NCBI GenBank assembly: GCA_022843285.1 | Contig: JALHNY010000001.1 | Span: forward strand, 79,128-143,127 | DNA length: 64,000 nt | Direction: 5' to 3' | From: Minisyncoccota bacterium | Lineage (GTDB): Bacteria; Patescibacteriota; Minisyncoccia; UBA6257; 2-01-FULL-56-20 | In this document: one piece after another, positions 38,121 to 46,261 of the stretch | How the letters are laid out: each line of letters begins with the position of its first letter | How positions within the stretch are numbered: position 1 is the first letter of the stretch | Program-made: the position numbers and the translations under genes | Notes under the pieces: model-generated | The model's input: the letters and a program-made list of their open reading frames with translations, nothing else | The model's database searches: none | Told to the model about the DNA's origin: nothing

Positions 38121-38705
38121 ATGAAAAAGAAAACTATCGGGGGCGGCACCGTCGTTGCCGCCATGATCTGCCCTGGTCCGTACCAGACGACGTCCGTTCC
38201 CTTCGACAAGGTAACCGCCATTCGCGGGTTCGGGTTCAGGGGCGACCGGCACGCGGGCACCAGAATTTCGGATGTCCGCGAGCTGGGGCAGTGCGGCATT
38301 CCGAAGGGGCACGAGGTATCCAACATGAGGGAGTTTTCGGCTGTCTCCGTTGAGGAACTCCGCGAAATTCAGGAGAGGCTGGGGCTGCCCGAAGCAGTGC
38401 CGCTCGGCTGCCTGGGCGAGAACTTGGTCATTTCCGGGATTCCGAACCTGACCCAGCTTCCCTGCGGCAGCCTGCTCACCTTCGCAGACGAGCGCGGCGT
38501 GCGGCGCACGACGGTGCTCGCGGTGTGGGGTGCCAACAACCCCTGCCGCATACCGGGAGAGAACGTGCAGGTTCACTTCCCCGACGTTCCGAAAGTTGCC
38601 GCACGCTTCCCGAAAGCGGCAATGGGGCGGCGCGGCATCGTCGGGTTCGTGTTCTGCTCGGGGTTCATCAAGCGCGGCGACCAGGTGACGGTCCTGCTGC
38701 CGTGA
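38121..38705 (+). CDS. MOSC domain protein
   Basis: ...GFGFRGDRHAG...LGENLVISG...RCRIPGEN pattern of MOSC beta-barrel; SD aggtga. Confidence 0.65.
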   Translation: MKKKTIGGGTVVAAMICPGPYQTTSVPFDKVTAIRGFGFRGDRHAGTRISDVRELGQCGIPKGHEVSNMREFSAVSVEELREIQERLGLPEAVPLGCLGENLVISGIPNLTQLPCGSLLTFADERGVRRTTVLAVWGANNPCRIPGENVQVHFPDVPKVAARFPKAAMGRRGIVGFVFCSGFIKRGDQVTVLLP

Positions 38706-38709
38706 ACGA

Positions 38710-38744
38710 GGGGGAAGGCTCAGCACCTTCCCCCTAAATTTTTG
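38710..38744. terminator. Bidirectional hairpin terminator GGGGGAAGG-loop-CCTTCCCCC + T-run
   Basis: between convergent MOSC and nth genes. Confidence 0.5.
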
Positions 38745-39378
38745 TGAGCGGACAGCTCTCGTGGTCGTGCCTCCGCGCGGGGCAGTGGTCGCGCCCGTAG
38801 CTCACGAGCCGGTAGCCGAGCTTGAGCCAGGAGGACTTCGGGAAAAACTCCATGAGGTCGCGCTCCACCTTCACCGGATCTGTCTCGTCGCTGAACCCGT
38901 ACCGCTTCGCGAACCGGAGCACGTGCGTGTCCACGGGAATGCCCACGACGATTCCGAACGCGTTCTGCAGGACGATGTTCGCCGTCTTTCTCGCCACGCC
39001 GGGCAGCCTGGTCAGCTCCTCCATGGTGCGCGGCACCTCTCCCCCGAACTCGTCCATGACGACGTTCGCCGCCCGCTTGAGGTTCTTCGCCTTCGCACGG
39101 TAGAAGCCGCTCGAGAAGATGAGCCGCTCGATTTCTCCCACGTCGGCATCGGCGTACTGCTTGACCGTCCTGAACCTCTTGAAGAGCTTCTTCGTGACCT
39201 CGTTGATCTGCCGGTCCGTGGACTGCGCGGACAGCATGACGGCCACGGTGAGCTCCCACGGGTTGCCGTGATCCAGGAAGACCTTGCCCTCGGGGTACAG
39301 GCGGCTCAAGACCCGGACCGCCTTGCGCGCCCGAGCTCTCAGTTCGTCCCTAGCTTTTGGCGTGAGCCTCCGCTTCAC
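38734..39378 (-). CDS. nth: Endonuclease III (DNA glycosylase/AP lyase)
   Basis: HhH-GPD (LPGVARKTANIVL), catalytic K/D, C-terminal 4Fe-4S Cys ligands (CPARRHDHESCP). Confidence 0.85.
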   Translation of the reverse strand: MKRRLTPKARDELRARARKAVRVLSRLYPEGKVFLDHGNPWELTVAVMLSAQSTDRQINEVTKKLFKRFRTVKQYADADVGEIERLIFSSGFYRAKAKNLKRAANVVMDEFGGEVPRTMEELTRLPGVARKTANIVLQNAFGIVVGIPVDTHVLRFAKRYGFSDETDPVKVERDLMEFFPKSSWLKLGYRLVSYGRDHCPARRHDHESCPLTKI

Positions 39379-39635
39379 TTCGCAGCCTTCTTCGCGGTCC
39401 GCTTCTTCGGCCTGAGAATACCCAGGACGCCCTCCGCGCCACCGGTGAGCTTCTCTCCCACGGACTTCACGGCTCCGGCTACCGCCTTCACCTCAGAGCG
39501 GACGGTGCGGGCCAGCGCGAACAGCTCGAACACCGTCTTGATCAGCAGCGCGAGGGCGATGACCATGCCCAGCCCCACGAGCGCCGCGAGGACCAGGACG
39601 ATGGTGACGAGCACGCTGATTACCTCGGAGTCCAT
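39375..39635 (-). CDS. Small membrane protein (86 aa), unknown
   Basis: N-terminal TM VISVLVTIVLVLAALVGLGMVIALALLI; overlaps nth start. Confidence 0.4.
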   Translation of the reverse strand: MDSEVISVLVTIVLVLAALVGLGMVIALALLIKTVFELFALARTVRSEVKAVAGAVKSVGEKLTGGAEGVLGILRPKKRTAKKAAK

Positions 39636-39839
39636 TTACTTGGATTCACGGATCATGCGCTCGACCTCCTCGCGCGAGACGAGGTTGCGCGCCCTGATGG
39701 CCTTCTCCACCTCCTCGCGAATGACCTCTTCCATCATGCCCTTGCTCTCCTTGGCCTTCTCGAGGAGGTCCTTGATCTGGTCCGGGCTCATGCCCTTGAG
39801 CATCTCCTGGGCGCCCTTCAGCTGTCCGAAGATGCTCAT
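39636..39839 (-). CDS. UbiK/BMFP (YqiC)-like small coiled-coil protein
   Basis: ...[16 protein letters not shown]... resembles UbiK DLVSREEFDVQ segment. Confidence 0.35.
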   Translation of the reverse strand: MSIFGQLKGAQEMLKGMSPDQIKDLLEKAKESKGMMEEVIREEVEKAIRARNLVSREEVERMIRESK

Positions 39840-40072
39840 GCGACCGGCGCCGCGTCCGGTGCGACCTCGTCCTCGGGGTTGCTCTCGCGGTCGGCGATGA
39901 GCTGCTCGAGGAGGGCTACCTGCTCACCCTTCTGGGTGGCGAGCTGGTCCCAGAACGCGAGGAGCTCCTCGTCCCCCTCCGCGTCCTCCCGGTAGTCGTT
40001 GAGGATGCGCCAGAGGCTCTTGTGCTCCTGCACGGCTTGCATCATGAGGTTATACACGTTGTTGTCGTACAT
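39836..40072 (-). CDS. Hypothetical small acidic protein (78 aa)
   Basis: leaderless TACTAT-N6-ATG upstream; first gene of 4-gene minus-strand operon ending in nth. Confidence 0.35.
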   Translation of the reverse strand: MYDNNVYNLMMQAVQEHKSLWRILNDYREDAEGDEELLAFWDQLATQKGEQVALLEQLIADRESNPEDEVAPDAAPVA

Positions 40073-40114
40073 GCGTGCATAGTACCATACCGTGGCTCAC
40101 CAAAATCAACTTCC

Positions 40115-40435
40115 ATGCTCAAAGAATTCAAGGAGTTCGCCATGCAGGGCAACGTGCTCGACCTGGCCATCGGCGTCATCATCGGTGCCGCGTTCGGCAA
40201 GATCGTGACCTCGCTCGTGAATGACATCATCATGCCGCTCATCGGCATCATCCTGGGCGGCTACGACTTCAAGACCATGTCGCTCTCGATCGGCGAGTCC
40301 ACGCTCATGTACGGCGCGTTCATTCAGAACATTGTCGACTTCGTCATCGTAGCCTTCGTCATCTTCATCTCAATCCGCACGATCAACCGCGTCTCCAAGC
40401 GGCAGGTCGCGACGGTCGAGAAGAAAGCTGAGTAA
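40115..40435 (+). CDS. mscL: Large-conductance mechanosensitive channel
   Basis: [31 protein letters not shown]...IMPLIG signature; ORF-track start 40022 is extension. Confidence 0.85.
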   Translation: MLKEFKEFAMQGNVLDLAIGVIIGAAFGKIVTSLVNDIIMPLIGIILGGYDFKTMSLSIGESTLMYGAFIQNIVDFVIVAFVIFISIRTINRVSKRQVATVEKKAE

Positions 40436-40443
40436 CTGCGGTC

Positions 40444-40483
40444 ACAAAAAAAAGAGCCAGCACGTCGCTGGCTCTTTTTTTTA
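40444..40483 (+). terminator. Strong rho-independent terminator (AAAAAAAAGAGCCAGCacgtcGCTGGCTCTTTTTTTT)
   Basis: 9-bp GC-rich stem flanked by A-run and T-run; bidirectional. Confidence 0.7.
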
Positions 40484-40491
40484 CGTTCCCT

Positions 40492-41061
40492 TTACTCGAA
40501 CGACACCGAGCTGAGGATCGCGTCGAAGTCCCCCAGCAGGCGATCAGCCGCCTCCATCCAGGTGACCGCGAACACGTAGGCGCGCGTCCCCTTCGTGACG
40601 ACGACAGTCTTGCCCTCGTAGAGGCCGGACCAGCTGAACGTCACGCCCCGCTGCCCGCTGACCGTGGTTGCCGTTGAAGAGGTGTTGGCAACGGTCCAGT
40701 TGGTGTCCCGCTGCACCCAGTCCTCAGCGGGCAGCTCGTCCGGGTTCTCGTACACGTCCACCGTGATGCTGGTCGGTCCCTCGCGACCCTCCGCGCCCTC
40801 GCCATCGAGGAGGGCGACGTTCTCCGGCGTGTTCTCGACGAGCACGATGGACAGCGGGTTCACCGTGCCCTCGCGCTCAATCTCTTTCATGTAGAGGCCC
40901 TCCTCGGGGGTGGCGAACGCGATGCCCCCGAGCTCGCTGCGGTACCCGGTGGGCACCCCAGCATCGGGCTCCGGCCGCGTGCGGCTGAGCCCGAGGTGCA
41001 GGAGCCCGAGGCCGATGACCGTGACGATGAGTCCGAGGAGAATCTTGGAGGTGGTCTTCAT
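40492..41061 (-). CDS. Secreted/membrane-anchored hypothetical protein
   Basis: MKTTSKILLGLIVTVIGLGLLHLG signal-anchor; start ATG 41059-41061. Confidence 0.45.
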   Translation of the reverse strand: MKTTSKILLGLIVTVIGLGLLHLGLSRTRPEPDAGVPTGYRSELGGIAFATPEEGLYMKEIEREGTVNPLSIVLVENTPENVALLDGEGAEGREGPTSITVDVYENPDELPAEDWVQRDTNWTVANTSSTATTVSGQRGVTFSWSGLYEGKTVVVTKGTRAYVFAVTWMEAADRLLGDFDAILSSVSFE

Positions 41062-41129
41062 GGGATTTGCTTTGGCACATCTTACCACGACCTTGCCCAG
41101 AGGCCTCAATTTCCGTACCTTGAACGCTC

Positions 41130-42596
41130 ATGCCCAAAGCAGCAGCACCCACGGGAGAAGTCGTCCTCCGCTTCGACGGGGTCTCCTTCGAGTACAGCAA
41201 CCAGAAGCCCATCCTCGATGACGTCTCCTTTTCGGTGCGCCGCGGAGCGAAGATCACGCTCATGGGACAAAACGGTGCCGGCAAGAGCACCATCTTCCAG
41301 CTCATCACGCGTGACCTGAAGCCGGAGGGCAAGGTGGTCACGGACAAGGATGCGAGCATCGCCATTGCGCGGCAGGTCATCCCCCGCGCCGAGCTCGCCC
41401 TGTCCGTGCGTGACTTCTTCGGCGCCGTCTTCTCTGACGTCCCCCGCGATTTGGACAAGCGCATCGCCCGCGTGCTCGACGCGGTCAACCTCGAGGCGAA
41501 CCTGGACCGCGCGGTCTCCGAGTTCTCCGGTGGCCAGCAGGCGCGCCTCCTCCTCGCGCAAGCGCTCATCCAAGATCCGGACATTCTGCTGCTCGACGAG
41601 CCGACGAACAACCTCGACAAGGCGGGCATCGAGCACCTCGTCGCGTTCCTACTCGAGACTGATGCCACCGTGCTCGTCATTAGCCACGACGCGGACTTCC
41701 TCAACAGTTTCTCGACGGGCGTCCTGTACCTGGACCTGCACACCCGCAAGGTGGAGCAGTACACCGGCAACTACTTCTCCGTGGTGAAGGAAATCGCCGC
41801 GCGCCTCGAGCGCGAGCGGCAGAAGAACGTGCGCATTGCCAAGGAGATTGCCCACCGCAAGGAGCAGGCCAACTTCTTCGCGCAGAAGGGCGGCCACATG
41901 CGCGACGTGGCCAAGAAGATGCGCGACAAGATCGACGAGCTCGAGGACGACGTCGTCGAGGTGCGCAGGGAGGACAAGACCATCCGCCCGTTCACCATTC
42001 CGGAGCAACCCGACCTGGGCCGCATCCTGGTCGAGATCACGAGCCTCGACGTCATGCGCAAGACGGGCCCCGCCGCGCGCCCCGTGAAGCTCGAGATGCG
42101 CAAGAATGAGCACCTGCACCTGACCGGCCCCAACGGCACCGGCAAGTCCACGCTCCTGCGCGCAATCGTCGCCGGCAAAGCCGCGGGCGTGAAGGTGCAG
42201 GACGGCCTCAAGGTCGGCTACTACAGCCAGGACTTCAGCAACCTGGACCACGACAAGGTGGTGTACGAGGTGCTCCGCGACGAGATTCAGGGCGGCACGG
42301 ACCAGGAGCTGCGCAGCCACGCGGCGGGCTTCCTCATAGACGCGGAGATCATCCGCACCAGGGTCGGCGCCCTCTCCGAAGGACAGAAGGGCCTCGTGGC
42401 CTTCGCGCGCCTCGCCCTGACCAAGCCGGGCCTCCTCATCCTCGATGAGCCGACCAACCACATCAACTTCCGGCACATTCCCGTGATCGCGAAGGCGCTC
42501 GACAGGTACGCCGGCGCGATGATCCTGGTGTCCCACGTTCCCGAGTTCGTGAAGCAGATTCGCATCGACCACACGATTGATCTGGGAAAAATCTGA
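41130..42596 (+). CDS. ABC-F family ATPase (tandem ABC domains, no TM; translation-associated)
   Basis: two Walker A (GQNGAGKST, GPNGTGKST), two signatures (FSGGQQARL, LSEGQKGLV), inter-domain linker. Confidence 0.85.
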   Translation: MPKAAAPTGEVVLRFDGVSFEYSNQKPILDDVSFSVRRGAKITLMGQNGAGKSTIFQLITRDLKPEGKVVTDKDASIAIARQVIPRAELALSVRDFFGAVFSDVPRDLDKRIARVLDAVNLEANLDRAVSEFSGGQQARLLLAQALIQDPDILLLDEPTNNLDKAGIEHLVAFLLETDATVLVISHDADFLNSFSTGVLYLDLHTRKVEQYTGNYFSVVKEIAARLERERQKNVRIAKEIAHRKEQANFFAQKGGHMRDVAKKMRDKIDELEDDVVEVRREDKTIRPFTIPEQPDLGRILVEITSLDVMRKTGPAARPVKLEMRKNEHLHLTGPNGTGKSTLLRAIVAGKAAGVKVQDGLKVGYYSQDFSNLDHDKVVYEVLRDEIQGGTDQELRSHAAGFLIDAEIIRTRVGALSEGQKGLVAFARLALTKPGLLILDEPTNHINFRHIPVIAKALDRYAGAMILVSHVPEFVKQIRIDHTIDLGKI

Positions 42597-42675
42597 TTTG
42601 ACGTTTCCGCTACTTGCCTGTTTGGTTACAGCAGCAACGGCATGGTGTAGGTGACCCTGAGAGGGTGCTCACCGC

Positions 42676-42700
42676 CAGGGTTCGATTCCCTGCCCGGACC
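42676..42700 (+). other. tRNA T-arm/acceptor-like element (CAGGGTTCGATTCCCTG + CCCGGAC) without a foldable 5' half
   Basis: GGTTCGATTCC T-loop consensus with 5-bp stem; no complementary 5' acceptor strand found nearby. Confidence 0.2.
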
Positions 42701-42727
42701 GAGTCTCTCGGGATGGTGGTGCTAGAA

Positions 42728-42752
42728 GAGGCGGCCCAGAGCCGCCCTTTTT
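42728..42752 (+). terminator. Rho-independent terminator GAGGCGGCccagaGCCGCCCTTTTT
   Basis: 6-bp GC stem + T5, 130 nt after ABC-F stop. Confidence 0.55.
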
Positions 42753-42758
42753 GTGCCG

Positions 42759-42770
42759 TATACTTGCAGC
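42759..42770 (+). promoter_or_regulatory. TATACT-N6-ATG leaderless promoter box for bcp
   Basis: cgTATACTtgcagcATG. Confidence 0.45.
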
Positions 42771-43241
42771 ATGACCCTCAAAGCTGGCGACACTGCACCG
42801 ACGTTCACCCTCCCGGACCAGGACGGCAACCCGCGCTCCCTCTCCGATTACCGCGGCAAGTGGGTGCTGCTCTACTTCTACCCGAAGGATGACACGCCCG
42901 GCTGCACCACCGAGGCGTGCACACTCCGGGATGCGCAGGCGGACTACGAGAAGCTCGGCATCCAGGTCCTGGGCGTCAGCGCGGACTCCGTGGCGCGCCA
43001 CGCCAAGTTCCGGGACAAGTACGACCTCCCCTTCCCCCTGCTCTCGGACACCGAGCGCACCGTCCTGGAGGCGTACGGGGCTTGGCGCGAGAAGAAATTC
43101 ATGGGCCGGACCTACATGGGCATCGCCCGGATATCCTTCCTGATCGACCCAGCGGGCAAGATTTTCAAGGCGTACGAGGCCGTGAAGCCGCCCGCCCACG
43201 CGGGGGAGGTTTTGGCGGACACCCGGGCAGCGGCGGGCTAG
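42771..43241 (+). CDS. bcp: Peroxiredoxin Bcp (thiol peroxidase, AhpC/TSA family)
   Basis: GKWVLLYFYPKDDTPGCTTEAC peroxidatic Cys motif. Confidence 0.85.
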   Translation: MTLKAGDTAPTFTLPDQDGNPRSLSDYRGKWVLLYFYPKDDTPGCTTEACTLRDAQADYEKLGIQVLGVSADSVARHAKFRDKYDLPFPLLSDTERTVLEAYGAWREKKFMGRTYMGIARISFLIDPAGKIFKAYEAVKPPAHAGEVLADTRAAAG

Positions 43242-43262
43242 TTCCCGGCCAGCGGTTGCTGG

Positions 43263-43274
43263 TATACTTCCCGC
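43263..43274 (+). promoter_or_regulatory. TATACT-N6-ATG leaderless promoter box
   Basis: tggTATACTtcccgcATG. Confidence 0.45.
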
Positions 43275-43439
43275 ATGTCCAACATCTCTCAGGAATTCGT
43301 TTCCGGCGAGCGCCGCCCGTACAAGCTCGCTCTCGGCAAGATCAACGCTAGCTCCCTCTCCGGATTCATCGCCGGCGCGATCGTCGCGTCGATCATTTTC
43401 CTCACCGGAATTCTCCTCTCCATCTACTTCTTCCAGTAG
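43275..43439 (+). CDS. Small membrane protein (54 aa)
   Basis: C-terminal TM GFIAGAIVASIIFLTGILLSIYFF; not in ORF track (<60 aa). Confidence 0.35.
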   Translation: MSNISQEFVSGERRPYKLALGKINASSLSGFIAGAIVASIIFLTGILLSIYFFQ

Positions 43440-43699
43440 TGGCTGAGCGGAAGCTCTGGTTCAAGGCCAAGCGGTACGGCTGGGGTTGGCACCCAGCCTC
43501 GTGGCAGGGCTGGCTGTGTGTGGCTGCGTACGTCGCAGCCATTTGCACGTCCTCGTGGCTCATGGCTGTGCACGGCGCGTCTGATGACATCGTGCTGGGG
43601 CTCTCGTTCCTGGCTGCAATTTGCGCCACGGCGGCGCTGATTGCCATTTGCTGGGCGCGCGGAGAGGCTCCCCGCTGGCGCTGGGGCAAGAGAGCCTAG
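43439..43699 (+). CDS. Small 2-TM membrane protein (86 aa), Trp-rich
   Basis: GTG start overlapping upstream stop (TAGTG). Confidence 0.4.
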   Translation: MAERKLWFKAKRYGWGWHPASWQGWLCVAAYVAAICTSSWLMAVHGASDDIVLGLSFLAAICATAALIAICWARGEAPRWRWGKRA

Positions 43700-44319
43700 T
43701 ACAGCTCGATTCCCAGGGCCGCCATGATCTGTGCCCTGAAGAGCAGCGTCACGAGCATCGCGATCAGGAACGGGATGCCGAGCGTGGTGAGCTGCTCTTT
43801 GAAGACTGCCGTGCGCACCACCGAGACCACCACGAGCGCCACGCCCGCGAGCGGCAGGAGCACCACTACCCCCGGCCACCCAATGACGAACATTGCCAGC
43901 GTGGCGAGCACGATTTCTCCCTCGTCGAAGAAGCGATCCGTCCTTGCCCTGAGCACCCGCAGGAACACGTACCAGGCGACTGCCAGAATGGTAGCCAGGA
44001 TGAGCCCCATCCAGAACTGCTGGGTCACGTAGCCCACGAAGTACGAGATGGGCTGGTGCGGCGGGAGGAACAGCTGCGTGAAGCTCTCCTGCGTCCATAG
44101 CCAGTACTGGGCTGCCGTCTGGTACGCGGCGATGGAGGCCCTGGCCAGGAAGCCGAAGGCGAGGAGCACGACACCCGCGAAGTGCATCTCCTTGCCAGGC
44201 CTCAGGTACGCGTACGCCGCGACCATGCCCAGCGCCATGACCCACAGGACGTACGTGGGCCCATCCGCGAGGAGCCAGTTGGTGACGGGGTTGGTGAAGA
44301 AGGTCGCGTACATGTGCAC
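43696..44319 (-). CDS. Polytopic membrane protein, possibly A24 prepilin-peptidase-like
   Basis: ~6 TM; DEGEIVLATLAMFVIGW vaguely resembles A24 GGGDVKLLAALGAWLGW and GIPFLIA resembles PFGPFLAI; weak. Confidence 0.3.
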   Translation of the reverse strand: MHMYATFFTNPVTNWLLADGPTYVLWVMALGMVAAYAYLRPGKEMHFAGVVLLAFGFLARASIAAYQTAAQYWLWTQESFTQLFLPPHQPISYFVGYVTQQFWMGLILATILAVAWYVFLRVLRARTDRFFDEGEIVLATLAMFVIGWPGVVVLLPLAGVALVVVSVVRTAVFKEQLTTLGIPFLIAMLVTLLFRAQIMAALGIELY

Positions 44320-44330
44320 CCATTTTACAA

Positions 44331-44358
44331 CAAAAACGGACCCAGCAAGCTGGGTCCG
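44331..44358 (-). terminator. Rho-independent terminator downstream of 3D-domain gene
   Basis: minus strand CGGACCCAGcttgCTGGGTCCGTTTTTG. Confidence 0.5.
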
Positions 44359-44379
44359 AGTCTAGGGTTATGCGGCGGG

Positions 44380-44970
44380 CTACCTGGTCACGGAGACCAG
44401 TTCCGGCGCGACGTTTTCCATGTTCTTCTTTGCGTCTGCTTGGGCGACCACCTGCTCGAAGACAGAGGAGATGCTCTCGTCGTAGTCGAACGTCCACCAG
44501 CTCAGGGCGTTCTGGTCAAAGAACGCGCACTGATCTGGGGAGGGCTCGTCTAGGATGACGTACACGTCCTGGAACCTTTTGCCAAAGCGCAGAGCCTCGG
44601 CGTGCGTCCGAGCACGAATGTCGAACTGCACGATTCCCTGACGCGCCATCTTCCTCATCCCGCCGCCCGTGTCGTCCACGTTGCGGATGGGATTCGTTTT
44701 CAGACCCGGGATGAATACGCGAGAGCCGAATGGTACCAGCTGCGGTGCAGCTGCCACTCCATTAGGTTTTCGTGCATCGGTGCCTGTCGCGGTCTTCTTT
44801 CCGCCCGACCACTTCTCACAACAGATAGAGCATGTGCAGTAGCTGGTGAGCTTGGCGCGGACTTTGTAGACCTTCGGTGCAGGGAGCTGTGCTTCCTGCG
44901 CGGTTGCCTGAGAGACAAAAAGAAAATTAATGAAAATTATTACGAATAAGAAAGTTTTGTATTGGAACAA
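44380..44970 (-). CDS. Secreted 3D-domain protein (MltA C-terminal-like, YuiC-type cell-wall protein)
   Basis: AT-rich signal peptide MFQYKTFLFVIIFINFLFVSQATA; KLTSYCTCSICCEKW...GVAAAP...FGSRVFIPG...VDDTGGGM...VQFDIR 3D-domain pattern; TTG start with AGGAGG SD. Confidence 0.6.
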   Translation of the reverse strand: MFQYKTFLFVIIFINFLFVSQATAQEAQLPAPKVYKVRAKLTSYCTCSICCEKWSGGKKTATGTDARKPNGVAAAPQLVPFGSRVFIPGLKTNPIRNVDDTGGGMRKMARQGIVQFDIRARTHAEALRFGKRFQDVYVILDEPSPDQCAFFDQNALSWWTFDYDESISSVFEQVVAQADAKKNMENVAPELVSVTR

Positions 44971-45018
44971 AAATGCTTTCCTCCTTTGTTAAAGTTCTAA
45001 CTGCTAAATAGCTCACGC

Positions 45019-45047
45019 ATTGTAATACACAGTTGTGAATAAGTCAA
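45019..45047 (-). promoter_or_regulatory. Canonical sigma70 promoter TTGACT-N17-TACAAT for 3D-domain gene
   Basis: minus strand cTTGACTtattcacaactgtgtatTACAATgcg, ~35-nt leader with AGGAGG SD. Confidence 0.45.
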
Positions 45048-45063
45048 GCTTGACGTAGAAACG

Positions 45064-46260
45064 CTAGTAAAACATGGCTTTTCCACGCATTCGCCGGTGA
45101 TTTTTGATGGCAAACCGGTGGGCCTCGTCCCTCACCCGGATCAGAGTTTCCACGCTCACGGTGTGGGGCACGACCCCGATGACGTCGTTCCTCTTGCGCT
45201 CAGTCCCCTTGGCTATGCCCACCACCGGAACCTTGACCCCCGCCTCGCGCAGGACGGCCTTCACCGCGTGCACCTGCCCCGCTCCCCCGTCGATGAGGAA
45301 GGCGTCGGGCAGAGGCCACTCGGGGTGCTTGAGCCTGCGGGTGATGACCTCGGCGAGCGACGCGTAGTCGTCCGGCTGGCTCACGCTCTTGATCTTGAAG
45401 AGGCGGTACGAGGCTTTCTCGGGCTCGCCGTTCACGAAGACCACCATGGACCCCACGGACTGGTTGCCCATGGTGTTGCTGATGTCGTACCCCTCCACCC
45501 GCACCGTGCGCTCGCGGTCCCGCTGCACCTCCTCGCGCGTGATGATGGAGGTGTCGTTCACGTGCTCCAGGGCAAATAGCGTGCGCTTAATCTTCTCAGC
45601 CTTCTCGAACTCGAGGCTTTTAGCCGCCGAGCTCATGCTGCGCCGGAGCTGCGCGATCACCTGCTTCTGCTTTCCGGCGAGAATGAGCTCGAGCTTCCGC
45701 ACCGCCGCGCGGTACATGCGCTTGTCCACGAGCCCCGCGCAGGTGCCGGGGCAGAGGCCGATCTGGTAATCGAAGCAGGGCCGGTCTCCTGGCTTGCCCG
45801 GCGCGTGGGTCGCGTACGGGATGATGCGGCGCAGGATGCGCATGCCCTCCCTTATCGGCCGGTCCGCCAGAAACGGCCCGTACCGCTTTCCCTGGATGGG
45901 CGTCCTGGCTCGCACCAGCTGGATGCGGGGAAAGTCCTCATCCGTGAACTCCACGTACGTGAAGCTCTTGTCGTCCTTCTGCTCGATGTTGTAGAACGGC
46001 AGGAACTCCTTGATGCGAGCTGCCTCGACGATGAGAGCCTCGAGCGCGGACCCCGCGTCCTCGTGGTCAACCCGGACCACCTCCCGCACGAGCGCGCTGA
46101 TTCGCGCGTCCTGGGGGCGCGTGAAGTAGCTCGAGACGCGCCGCTTGAGGTTGACCGCCTTCCCGACGTAGATAATGGTCCCCTTCGCGTTGCGCATGAG
46201 GTACACGCCCGGCGTCGAGGGTAGGTCCTCGTACAGGTGCGCCTTCGGGTTCCTCTCCAT
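45064..46260 (-). CDS. uvrC: Excinuclease ABC subunit C, short form lacking C-terminal (HhH)2
   Basis: GIY-YIG (PGVYLM...IYVGKAVNLKRRV), UvrC family region, RNase-H-like endonuclease domain; 398 aa; ORF-track N-terminal extension spurious. Confidence 0.8.
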   Translation of the reverse strand: MERNPKAHLYEDLPSTPGVYLMRNAKGTIIYVGKAVNLKRRVSSYFTRPQDARISALVREVVRVDHEDAGSALEALIVEAARIKEFLPFYNIEQKDDKSFTYVEFTDEDFPRIQLVRARTPIQGKRYGPFLADRPIREGMRILRRIIPYATHAPGKPGDRPCFDYQIGLCPGTCAGLVDKRMYRAAVRKLELILAGKQKQVIAQLRRSMSSAAKSLEFEKAEKIKRTLFALEHVNDTSIITREEVQRDRERTVRVEGYDISNTMGNQSVGSMVVFVNGEPEKASYRLFKIKSVSQPDDYASLAEVITRRLKHPEWPLPDAFLIDGGAGQVHAVKAVLREAGVKVPVVGIAKGTERKRNDVIGVVPHTVSVETLIRVRDEAHRFAIKNHRRMRGKAMFY

Positions 46261-46261
46261 G

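Noticed and set aside
42597-42770. tmRNA (ssrA) hypothesis for the T-arm-like element
   Set aside because: The available noncoding space (about 170 nt) is far too short. No 5' GGGG... strand complements the CCCGGAC acceptor-like segment.
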